Shown one piece after another: positions 39,101-50,979 of a DNA stretch of 64,000 bases. Numbering within the stretch: the first letter of the stretch is position 1; every line of letters starts with the position of its first letter. This DNA comes from Chrysomallon squamiferum (lineage: Eukaryota; Animalia; Mollusca): assembly GCA_012295275.1 (NCBI GenBank), contig CM022679.1:19344001-19408000 (forward strand), read 5' to 3'. The translations under genes were made by a program, and so were the position numbers. Under the pieces are notes generated by a model that was given only the letters and a program-made list of their open reading frames with translations, had not been told where the DNA came from and did not search any database.

Positions 39101-42100
39101 CAGGTTCTGATGATGGTTTCTTGAGACTGTGGCCATTAGATTTTGCTAATGTGTACCTAGAAGCAGGTAAATTACTACTCAGGTATAAGTATTGTTTTAT
39201 TTGTGGTTTTAGTAAACTTAATTTTTTTATTTTCTGTGTCTTTAAATTATTATGTCAAGAAAAGAAAATGTTTTCAAAGTTTGCTTATGGTGCAGGTAAA
39301 CAAAGAAACATTTTTTTGTAAATAAGTAATAATTAGTATAGAATGTTGTTAAGACATAATATGCAGATTATTACATTTATGTATATTATTTTTCAGAACA
39401 TGAGGGTCCAGTTACTGCTGTAGATATGTCACCAGATGGACTCAAAATACTAGCAGGAACCTCAGTGGTATGAATTCTTAATTTAAATAATAGATTTACT
39501 TCTTATTTTAATTTATTAGATTGGAAATGTTTTATAATATAGTTATATTATTCTGAGTTACTCCATAATATAATTGAAAATTGTAATTAGTTTCCAACTT
39601 AGATTGATAGATCTAATATTTGTTGTAATATTTAATATAATATTTTAATTAAGGGCAATCTTGGAGTACTGGATGTGTCAACAAGAGCATATACAACCAC
39701 AATGAGATCACACACAGCCAGTATCCGAGGAGTAGCTGTTGATCCTTACAGAAAACATATAGCAACAGTCTCAGAGGATCATTCTATCAGAGTTTGGGAT
39801 GCTGAAACCCTACAACAGGTTTGTTTCATCTTTAATAATGGTAATGATTTGGCTGAATATAACTTGTTTGGCAACATTTATAAAGTTAGTATTTTTTAGC
39901 TTAAGGTTCTCTGTTGTATAATATTCAGTGCAATACCTTGAAATCTTAGTGTGTGAAAATTTAAAAACCTGCATATATGTTTTTTGTTTTAAAGTTATAT
40001 GACTTCAGCACACCTCATGAATGTCCCTGTGCTATCAGCTACCATCCATCACGACAGATATTTGCTTGTGGTTTTGAAAATGGCGTGGTGCGAGTATTTA
40101 ATGTACAGACAACAAGTATGATTACAGAACACAAGTGAGTAACTGAAGTTTTATCTAACTTCTTATAATCTGCTTCTGTTCTGATGCTTTTTTTTTTTTT
40201 TGATTTTTTTTATACAAATAATAAATTTGAAAATCATTTTTATTTTGTCAACAAAATTTATTTTTGTATAATTATCCAGCACAAGTATTTATAGTATTTT
40301 ACACATTAGTGAATAGGTTTTTTTTCCCCCTTCTTTTTATTTATATAATCATTCATTATTTTCCATAGATTGCACAGAGGCAAAGTTACTGGTTTGATAT
40401 ACACACCTTCAGGTGACTACCTTTATAGTTCCTGTTCTCTGGGCTCTATTGCTGTTTATGATGCATCATCCAGTAATTACCATGTGATCCGTGCCCTTGC
40501 CAATACCATTGCAAGAGGTGAATGTCATGGGCCAGATGCCGTTGCAGTTAGCCCTGACAGCAGAAGAGTTGCATTTGTGGGACCTTCAGATTATACTGTC
40601 ACAGTGGTGGATGCTAAATGTCTTGATGAGGTAAAGAACAGTCTTTTTATTTATTTTTTATTTTATACCTGTTAAGCATAATGTTTTATCCTTATTAATA
40701 TAAATGTTACATTAATAAAATAATATTAACATTAATTATTTTATGAGTATTAAGACCAATTAATTAAGACTTTACTGAATTTTGTTTATTAGTATCCATA
40801 TGGAAGAGATAGTTTTGGTAGTTTTCATTATTTTGGGATTTAAAAATAATATGGTTCAGTTACTTTTTTTTTATTTTTAAATTTTCTTGAAAGAAACTTT
40901 TATTTATGTAATAATTATAAGGTAATTTTCAGTATGTGTATTTAATTTTTTTAGCCTAAATGTCATAAATATTAAACTTTATTTAGCTTCTGCGTGTTGA
41001 CATTACAAACATGAATCCAACAGACAGTACTTGTTCTGCCCTTGATTCAGCAGTCAAAGTGAGCTTCACACCTAAATTAATTGGCCACCTCCTTGTAACA
41101 ACATCCAACAACAAACTTCTAAAGCTAGATGCAAAAACTGGAAAGTTACTAGCAGAGGTAAATGATCATTTACCTTAAAATTAATCCATAAATTGTTGTT
41201 GTAATTAATATATTTAGTTAAGAATAATAAAAACTGTGCAATAAAACTAAAATAGATATTTAATTGTAAATATTGACATGAAAATCATATACATTTTATT
41301 GAGCCTGACAGATGTCAGATTTTCTGATCCTCTTAACACTCATTGTTTAAAAATGTTCACTGATTTGTCAATCACTTTAACAATATGAAAAATGTTAAAC
41401 TGATAATAGTGGAATGTTTATTATTATTTTTAAAGTATATGTTTGATTTTTAAAACTCTTGCCTTTCCATGAAACAAAACATACTGAAGACATTAGAATA
41501 GATTTTATAAGTACTGACAATCATTTTAGGTTAGTGATATTCATCGCAGTGGCTGTTCTTCGCTAGCTATATCTGATAATGGAAAATACCTAGCCACTAC
41601 TGGAGACAGGGTTGTTAAAATCTGGCAGTACAGCATGAATCTTGACATTAACTTCCAGGCAAGCTGAATCTTTCTTTTCTTATTCTTTCTTTTTGTTTTG
41701 GACTTTGCCTATATTTTGGTGAAAGGAGATACAGTTTAAATAATTATTTGTTTGCTCATGATGTAGCTTTGATACATGTTTTTAATTTGCATGATTGTTA
41801 TATTTAGACAGTATGCTTTCTAAATTACTGTTTTTAATTGACAGGTTTTTATTGGCCATTCAGAAAAAATCAGTAAAATTCTGTTTACTCCAGATGGTCT
41901 AAACCTTCTTACAGCTGGAGAAGCTATTTATGTTTGGGATTTCTTAGCTGCAAGGCCTGCAACTCCAACAGAGTAAGATTTACTGAAAATGCCTCATTAT
42001 AGTACCAAGCCTGTTATACCAAAGTACATTCATGTTTAATACAAAATATTTTATTAGTTTCTTCTATTTTTCTTTTTTTCTTTTATTTTTTTTGTAGTGA

Positions 42101-42939
42101 ATGGAATTAGTATGAGAATATTACATCAGATTTAAAAAATAATTCAAAAGTGGTTAATGATAATGTTGAGATGTGTCATTTTGTTGTTGTCTTGTTTTTT
42201 TTCAGAGGAAGACATCCAGCTAAGTATGAAGAAAATTTTATTGGTAAGTCATTATCTGGACTCTGATCTTAATTTTTCTCATGAACAGATTAACAGATTA
42301 ATGATGTGTGGGAAAAAAGGTATTCTTGCCAAACCAGAGAAAGACTTAAAGAAGCATTTATTTCAGTTGGTTTAAATACTTTAAGAAAGATAAATTGGTT
42401 GTTTCAAATGTGTTTATCTAAATAAAATTTCTTGCAAAATATTATGTCCTTTTTAATTTTAAATTTAGATGAAAATTTACAACTTCCAAATCTGAGTAAA
42501 AGTTTTGGAGGTTCTTACACAGATCTTCCAAGACATTCTCCACCCAAGCCAGTCTGTCAAGCACCAGATGGATTTTTGGATGATCTCAGTTCAATCCATA
42601 AAGTTTCTACTGGTAGGTATATTCAACATTGTATTAATAAACTGCAGTGAGTGGGGATCTTGCTGTACCTGCAAATAGAATTGCGTAGATCAGGCTTCAG
42701 CTTTAACCTGACCCTTAGTTTAGCTAAATCTTGCCAAATCCAAACTTGCAGAAACATATTTATCCAACTTTCGAAGAAATAAACTACTATAACAAACTTT
42801 CAGAATTGTATCATAATTATATTGCAGAATATTTCATAACCAATTTTTTAATGACAAATGGTTATTTTTATTTTGGGGTTTTTAAAATATTATAGTACCC
42901 CATTTCATGAACATCTCCAACCCAAACAAGTGTGTGTGC

Positions 42940-42980
<41 letters not shown>

Positions 42981-44449
42981 TGTGTGTGTGTGTATACACA
43001 CACACACACATATGTATTTATACATCATTAAAACTGCTGGGGTTCTTCACAGACATGTGTTTCTAAAAATAACAAAGAAATTAGTGTCTATTTACATACT
43101 TCAAAAGAAATTATAATTTTTTTTTTTTTCAAATAATGTTTTTCATTCATATTTTGAAACAGCAGAAAAGTTACATAAAGGTTATATGAAAAGAATAGTT
43201 AATTTTTCCATGGTTTTCATTCTGTCATTCTGTAGTGTTTGTTTCTAAATACATATATATATATCTAATTTGGAATCTAGCAAAAATTGTTTTCAGGTAG
43301 CATATTTCCAAAGATGTTAGGATAGTACAATAAACATATAATAAAAATAACAAATAAAGTTTTATAAACCAATTTCGAATTATTATGGCAATAAGGGTGA
43401 TGTTATCCATTACTGTGCTATCTGTGTATATGCACTTCCTTTTGCCAAAAATCTAAAACATTTATTTGGAGAAGTATATTTTATTATGTACATTTTCTAA
43501 ATGGTCATGTCCTAAACTGAAAAATGGTTTTGAGTAATCCAGTTTCGAATTTTTTTTACCAACTTACTCCTCTTAAAAGGGTTTGTTGAGTCTTTCTTGT
43601 TTTATGTTAAGATGCAGATGCAGAGTCAATAAAATCAGATTTAGGAGACTTCAAGGCATCAGATGATGAAACAGATAAAGAAATTCTTGGTCATAGTCTT
43701 GATGCAAAAGCATATTGTCAACCTCAACAACATCCAGTGCTGACTCCAGTGAAACCAGGACCACTGACTCCATCTCATTTGATAAAGAAAACAACTGCAG
43801 GAGAAAGTGTTCCTCCCAGTGTTCACAAACATTTCAGGCAGAGACACAAAGTATATTCCATTGCACAGGTAATTTTATTGTTAAAGCTTTTATCTCATGA
43901 GTGTGTCACATGGTTTTAAGTTTCATAATTAATGGGTTCACATAGATGATTATTTTGTTCACAGATGCTGAAATCAGAATGATATGCTTTCTTTCTCATA
44001 TTCATAATCATTGTTTTCTCTTCAGCGAAGATACATAGCCCCACCCAACCAGGCGGGTTTGAAACTAAAATCTGTGATTGGTTACAATGGAAATGGAAGA
44101 AACAATATGGCATGGCATCCAGATTATGGTAAGATGCAATAATTAATTGTTAACATTGTATAACATAGTATTTCCATGATAAGCAATAAAAGAATTACTA
44201 TTTAAGTGATTTAAATGTTTTCTCTCTGCAGATATTTGAATCATATCAAAGCTTTATTATTTTCTATTACTTTATATTTTTAATTTTTTCAGGTCTGTTT
44301 GCTTACACTAGTGGTTGTTTAGTTATTATTGAAGATCTAAACAATGGTCAACAGAAACATATTCATGGTCGGTATTATTTAAATTTGATGGCTTTTAGGG
44401 AGATGTTGGGAAGGGTTCTTTCTTTTTAATAATAATAATAATAATAATA

Positions 44450-44504
<55 letters not shown>

Positions 44505-47500
44505 TTTATTTTTGAAACCAAAAGAGAATAAAGTTTCATACATTATTATTATTATTTTTTTAATGTTGTTATTTAAAAATACAAACAATCTACAAATCAT
44601 TAATAAAAAGATCTTTCATTTTATTTATTTTAAAATATCTGTAATATATTGTTTATATTAATTTTTTACTTGAAGGCCATACAGAGGAGATCTCGTGTCT
44701 GACATTACAGAATGATTGTCAGGTGCTAGCTTCAGCAAGTGGTTCATTTGGGATGACAGAAAGCCAGATCTGTATATGGGATCTGAAAGAGTACATATGT
44801 AAAAAAGTCATAAACCATCATGAACATGACATTGTCTGTCTTGCTTATTCCCGAGATGATCGCTTCCTCATTTCCATTGGTATGTGTAATCTGAGATATT
44901 TTACAAATAATTGAATACACATAGACTAAAGAAGATGTTTTTAATAATTATCTTTTAATGACAGTTAATGATATTCTTTTTATAATATAGTGGTGATTAA
45001 TTGAGGGATTCAAAGATTTTGTTTTTTTCATGAAATCTAATTATTCCCATTTTGTTAATTTGTGTTAATGATTACTATTCTTCAGGTGACTATCAAGAAT
45101 GTTGTATTGTTGTATGGAGCACAGCAGACTATGATGCTCTGTCTATGACCAAGACAGCACATCCTGTACATGAACTGAAGTGGGATCCTTTTACAATGAA
45201 TGAATTCGCATCAGTGGGGGCCAGTGGCAGTTTGCTGTTCTGGCTGTTGGATGAGACATCATCAGATGTCTGCCTCAATGTTCATGAAGCTGATGTGCCT
45301 GAAGAGCTGTTGCAAACTCAGCATATGGTTTAAATATTTATTTATTTTACTGTTATAATGGGTAAAATAAAATAAATTATATGTTTATGGGATTTCTACA
45401 TTTAGGGCAAGTACTATGAATTATTAATTACTAAGCATTCTTTGAAATGTTGTTTAATATACACAAAAACAAAACATAGTTATCTGTTGAAACAAAAACA
45501 CATTTCAATAATTATATTAAGAAAAAAATTTAATTATGTGTTCGTTCTCAGATTTGAAGAACATGGGGGAAAAAATCAAACTTTATTGTTTTATCCATAC
45601 ACTGCTCATGTTGTCCAAGATATGAAACATTTCTTTTATTAATTTGTTTTATTTATTGAAATATTAATTTCACCAATTGATAATTAAATAATGGAATCCT
45701 GAAAAATTATTTTCCTTTCTATATCAATTATTTTCAGGGACTTGTAGATTTCACATCATTGGTATTTGCTGGTGACAGTACAATGTATGCAGCAACAAAT
45801 CATGGACGAGTCTCTGCCTGGGATACAAGATGTAATACTTGTTTTATGCATTGGGAAGCAGATTCAACTGAAATAGGTATGATTTTTTAACATTATTATT
45901 ACAGATTAAAACATATACAAAAGTAATGTCAGTACAAATATTTAACTTGTTAATGATGTCATTATTTTTCATTACTATTTCAGTATTTTAGTAAAGAATA
46001 ACAATTAATTTCGGCATGTCTATTATATAGGTCAACTGGTAAGCTGTGGTCACCTACTGCTGACGGGCAGTGTTGGGTGCAATGTTCGCCTGTGGTCAAC
46101 TGCTTGTGTTAGGGAGATGAGAGTGCCAGGAGAAAACAGTGTTCAAGTTGGAGGCTTAACTATGGAAGATGAGATGAACTTAGATGGTGCCATCTGTTCA
46201 GTTTCATTTGATGAATCTCTTGAAATGGTAATCTCATTATTTTATCAGTTAAATTTATTTTCTGGGTGGTCTTTTTTTTTTTTTTTTTTTTTCTGGACTA
46301 GTCTGATAAAATCATGGTATTATATTCTGACAGCTGTTAATATCTTGAAACAGCTAGTGTCTTAATAAGGTGCTTGACTGTATGATCATAATAAATTAAT
46401 TAATAAAAGGTTAAATTAACATCACTTACTCATGATAGGTAAATTTATTTTAATTAATGTTAAATAAGATATAACACTGACAAGTCAATATAGTTATTTA
46501 ATTTCATGCAGTATTATGTATAAAAGGGTTGAACAGTATTTTCAAATATTTCTTTCAGGGCATAGTTGGAACAAGTGCAGGCACTTTATGGTACATAAAC
46601 TGGACAGAAAGAACAAGTGTCAGACTGGTTTCTGGACACATGAACAAGGTATGTTTTAATTTGTTATTTCAGCATAGAGAATTTAAAAATTAATAGTAAA
46701 AGAAAACACTATTAATATATTTTTTAAAATTATTATTATTTTTTTAATTTACAGGTAAATGGCTTAACACTGACAGGAGATGGACTTTTATCATCATGTG
46801 CTGATGATGGAAGTGTTCGGATATGGTCTGTTGAAGACAGAGAACAAACCTTACAGTTCCAAGTTGTTGATCAGGTAACAATATTGTGTTACTTTGAAAA
46901 GAACTTTACAAAAATAATTAAATGGTTTTTAGCAAAAGCTTTCTGTAAAAAACAAACAGAAAAATCCCTTTAATTCAATTATTTAATAAAAGAAAAAATG
47001 CATTTTTTATATTTAAAACTGAAAAGAGACATTTATGATAAAATTTTATTTCTATTATTTTACAAAGCTCTGTTTAAAAAACAGTAGTCTTTTGTTTCAT
47101 TTGCTTTAAATCCAGAAGAATAGCTGTAACTAGTATAATATATCCTGTTGAATGTTTAAATGGCTAGTTATTTGTTCTAATTTATATTTAGTATCTGTAT
47201 TCACAAGTAGAATGAATAACAAAAGCAGTTTGGTTTTACCCTCAGGCTTGTACATGTGTCTCATTTGCTCCAGACCAACCAGCAAAACATTCTTCAACTG
47301 TAAGCAACTCATTGTCAGATATCAAGAATAAGAAAAACAAAAATCTTGTCCCATATTTAGTGGCAGGTTACAGTAATGGCACTGTGCGCATGTTTGACAT
47401 CAACAAAGCAGAAATGGTTCTAAAGATGCATCCTCATGCAGTTGCAGTGACAGCTGTGTCATTTTCATCAGATGGTATTTTCATTTACATCTGTTAAAAC

Positions 47501-49530
47501 ATTTTGTCTTCAGTATGTTCAAATTCAAGATAGAAAAGTCATTGAAAATACAGAATTAATGTTTTTTATAATAATTTATGTTTCGTTTATCTGTTGTAAA
47601 CATAGGGAGAGATGTTCACATTAACTGACTAAAATTAGTTATTGTTTCTTATATTTCATCAGCTGTGTACAGTTCTGTTTCACAGAAAAGAATAGACTAT
47701 TAATTTATATAAATAAAATTATATCTGGTATAGAGAAATTTTGTCTGGTTGTCTCATTCATAGTTTTTTTTTTTTTTTTACAGAGTTTATAAATTTCTGA
47801 GGTTTGATTTCCAAATAAAAATATAATCTGTTATTGTAGTGTTTATAAACAATCTATAAACAAAAGTGTATGCATTTCAGGACATATGATTCTCTCTGGT
47901 GGTAGTGATGGCCTCATTGCTGTAAGTAGCCCAACAACAGGAATGACCGTCAGAGTTGTTGGAGATCACAAAGGAGCTGCCATAACAAACATTGACGTAA
48001 CATTCAGACAAGTAAGAATACACTTTAAACATGGATAACATTGGCAATATTCTAGTAACATTATTTTTTTATTTTAAATTAATTTGCATAAACAGATAGA
48101 TTTTACCTTTGAATATTTTATTTACAGTTAATATGTAATGATTCTAGCTGATGTACAGTAATATTTTTTGTTATTAAAACCTCATATTTAAATGTCTTGT
48201 CGTGATTGTTTCAATATAAATTGTATTATGAGGTAACATTTATCTGTTATCATATCTGTAGTTTAGGTTTAATTAATACACATCTGATATCTAGAGACCA
48301 TAGCAACAAAATCAATGTATTTTATATAACTTAGGTTATGTGATACATTTTTTGTGTTAATGCTACACCAGGATCAAGACTTGGGAATAACAGCTCCTTT
48401 GTTATGGCTGGCTTGCAGTGCTGATCGAAGAGTTAGTGTCTGGTCAGCTGATTGGTCAAAAGACTTTTGTGAGCTAGTTGATTGGTTGACTTTTCCAGCG
48501 CCAGCATTTGCACCTGATGGTTCCATTTTAGAAAAACATGATCAGGTAATATTTTCTCTCTTTCTAACCTTTTTCAAAATTCTAGTGTTACAGGTTAAAT
48601 CACATACTGATTTGGCAGTGAAATTTATGAATATTTAATATTTCTTTTTGACCTAAAAGTTGCCAATTATTAAATAAATATATTTGTTTTCAGAGCCAGT
48701 ACAGCATATTACCGCCTAGCCTTGCTAAATTCTCTACAACTGAGCCCGACATTATTGTTTACACAGGCTATGGCATGAACAAATGTCTTCAGTTTTATAG
48801 TCTTTCCCAAAGAAAGGTAATATAAAATACTATCCGAAAATCTGGAATCTTAAAGGGGTTTTCTTTTCCTTTCTTTTTTTGTTACTTTTTTCAAAATGTG
48901 TTCATTTGTAAAATTCTTGTATGAAGGTGATGGGATGTTTGTAAAATTGAATCATTGAATTATAATTTGAATATGTTAGGCAAAAATGTGCAACTTATTT
49001 TTTATTTTTTATATTTTGTAAAAATTAAGTTTCATTTGTTTTTAATTTACTGTAGCCATGTTTTCACAGGTTATAAGAACGACAGCTCTTACCCAGTGGA
49101 CTACTTCAATTGATCTTGCTAAGGATACATCATTGATTGCAATGGGTGCCAGTGGTTAGTTTATTGTATATTCCTTTCAAATTCATCCCTCTCTTTTGTT
49201 GTTTGTTTTGTTTTGCGTGTTGTTGCTTTTTGTATCTTTTCTAAATGATTAAGCCATTTTTAGCATGTTCTGTAAAAATAAAATAGTCATCAACTATATG
49301 ACTAGAAGAATTTATGAAGCAGCCATAAGTTATTTTATTTCTAATACTTTTTTATTTTATTTTTCATGTCACCAGAGAGACTTTTGAAACTGATGGAGTA
49401 TCATGAAGGAAGTTTTCAGGATTTCGTTGGGCACAATGACTCAGTCAATGTTGTCAAATTTTCAGAGAACTGCAAACTTCTGTTTACTGCCTCATATTCA
49501 GAAATATTTGTTTGGGAAGTACAAGTTTAA
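31211..49530 (+). CDS. WDR90: WD repeat-containing protein 90 (POC16, centriolar): N-terminal CFAP20/DUF667 domain plus multiple WD40 repeats; about 1852 aa
   Basis: 41 phase-consistent exons: 31211-31220 (or 31445-31457), 32346-32437 (WQHPYVNVFKHF), 32710-33022 (NYIQLPK..LTGRYLYLLFRP..RISFSNLFKEFKSTSTWLQFP), 33371-33541, 33794-33914, 34111-34184, 35450-35559, 35879-36007, 36395-36454, 36654-36722 (LEPDPILKLSRIVGFGG), 36982-37092, 37294-37439, 37623-37680, 37952-38070, 38232-38393, 38695-38819, 39050-39166, 39397-39467, 39654-39818, 39995-40134, 40369-40630, 40987-41157, 41530-41658, 41845-41972, 42206-42243, 42469-42612, 43612-43868, 44026-44128 (GYNGNGRNNMAWHPD), 44293-44367, 44676-44879, 45086-45327, 45738-45876, 46031-46227, 46559-46648, 46755-46874, 47246-47474, 47881-48011, 48372-48545, 48694-48816, 49070-49154, 49376-49530 (TAA). 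The quoted motifs match WDR90 as I recall it. Confidence 0.93.
31777..31921. repeat. Degenerate tandem repeat of about 33 bp (about 4.4 copies) in WDR90 intron 1
   Basis: A unit resembling aaaagtgtcattYRtatttgtttattRgYNct recurs four times, plus a partial fifth copy. Confidence 0.8.
36285..36363 (+). repeat. Dispersed repeat of about 78 bp, copy 2
   Basis: Near-identical to 25208-25286 and in the same orientation. Confidence 0.85.
41659..41844 (+). other. Non-canonical GC-AG intron in WDR90
   Basis: The exon ends AAC TTC CAG|gcaagc, with an in-frame TGA two codons later and no usable GT. The next exon begins acag|GTT TTT ATT GGC CAT, giving the WD motif NFQVFIGHSE. Confidence 0.85.
42930..43010. 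repeat. (TG)n followed by (CA)n compound microsatellite
   Basis: Direct reading of the sequence. Confidence 0.9.
44427..44502. repeat. (AAT)n/(TTA)n back-to-back microsatellite
   Basis: Direct reading of the sequence. Confidence 0.9.
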
Positions 49531-50313
49531 CAGGAAATCTGATCATTGTTTTAATATCATTCATCTTTATTCAGGGAAGAAAACCACAAACATTTCAGAA
49601 TTGTAGTGAGATACAATGATGTACATGACTTTTTGTAGCTATTCATTCGAATTCATATATATTTTGGATGGTTTCAGGGTTGGTTTTTTGTCATATGTTA
49701 AGGAGGTTATCTATATTCACGTATTGCATTTGAAAGATACTTTCCAAACAGATTTCTGTACAGTATGTTCAAATCAAGATATATATATAATTTACTATAA
49801 TCCATAGAGTAAGATCTTTATTTGAAAATTTTATTCTTTAAGGAAACAAGAATGCCCTCCAGTTTTGTTTATGTCACAGCATAATGAATTATTATCCATT
49901 TTTATTTTATAATATTCCAAGAATTAATTTATTTTATATTTTAAAATCATGTGATAGATGTATTTTAATTCATATGAAGTCTGCAGATATTAGATTTTAC
50001 AGAAACTTTTTTAAGAACAAAAACATTCAGTATATATTATCAACAATTATTTTTATGTAAATGTATGCATTCTGCTTAGATGTAGAAACAAAAGTCACTT
50101 TATTCTACAACATGGCAATAATAACATGATCTATTAAATTTGTATCCAATTAAATTATTTTGTATATTTTTACCATTGTTTTTGTTATATTTTAATCATC
50201 TTTGCAGAAGTTAGCTCTTTTTTAAATATTTTTATTTCATTAGATTCCCTTTTTGAATGATTGAGAAACAAATTGTTATTTTTATGAAAATGAGATTGGT
50301 GATCTATAAACAG

Positions 50314-50979
50314 TCAGTAACAATCAATAGCATTTTCTTCAGTGACTTCAACAGATTCTGCTCTGAGAATATCATCTAACAGAGAAATTGGATTTCTGAC
50401 ATATTCATCAACACTGCTTGTCAGTTCTTCTAACTTTTCTTCAAAATTAATCTCTTGCAGAAACTTCAAAAATTTTGTCAGTTTGTCTTCTTGTAAGGAT
50501 ACCTTATCAGAAATCACTTCATTTTCATCTGGTATTGAAAACAGCTGAGTCTGAGAAATACATTTTTTCAAATCATTCAAAACTGTATATGCGTCCTCCT
50601 GAACTGGATGGTCAAAATCGTGAAATGCTTTGAAAAGAGCATCGAGACAGCCTAACTCGGCTAGAAAACTGAGATGACTGGCAAATAGTTTGTTTTGATC
50701 ATTACCTGAAGGTCTTCCACTAATTTCTTCATTTTTCAGTTCTAATTTTCTAACATTGTCAATAAGCATAACAATAAACTTGAGTACTTTACATTTGACT
50801 TCCCAATCAAAATCATCAATAGCTAATGAGATTCCTGTGATTATACTACTTATTACTGTGTCCTTGAGATCAGCCTTTCTGTGAAGGTAGATGGAATGAA
50901 TGAAGTCTACAGCTGCTCTTCTAGCAAAAGCTTCTGAATCAGTGGCTATGATATTGAGAGCTATGTCCAGTAAGTTATT
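50314..50979 (-). CDS. BRAT1: Terminal coding exon of BRAT1 (666 nt)
   Basis: Lies within the 229-aa ORF, with acceptor tttcag|AAT at 50979 and ending EENAIDCY-TGA. Confidence 0.92.
   Translation of the reverse strand, partial: NNLLDIALNIIATDSEAFARRAAVDFIHSIYLHRKADLKDTVISSIITGISLAIDDFDWEVKCKVLKFIVMLIDNVRKLELKNEEISGRPSGNDQNKLFASHLSFLAELGCLDALFKAFHDFDHPVQEDAYTVLNDLKKCISQTQLFSIPDENEVISDKVSLQEDKLTKFLKFLQEINFEEKLEELTSSVDEYVRNPISLLDDILRAESVEVTEENAIDCY

Noticed and set aside
44427-44502. (AAT)n-(TTA)n and (TG)n-(CA)n (42930-43010) quasi-palindromes as functional hairpins
   Set aside because: They are a common by-product of adjacent microsatellites, with no evidence of function.
46749-46760. Acceptor immediately followed by donor-like GTAAAT (recursive splice site); similar at 61575
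   Set aside because: The introns are short and the GT bases encode conserved residues, so AG|GT here is ordinary acceptor consensus.
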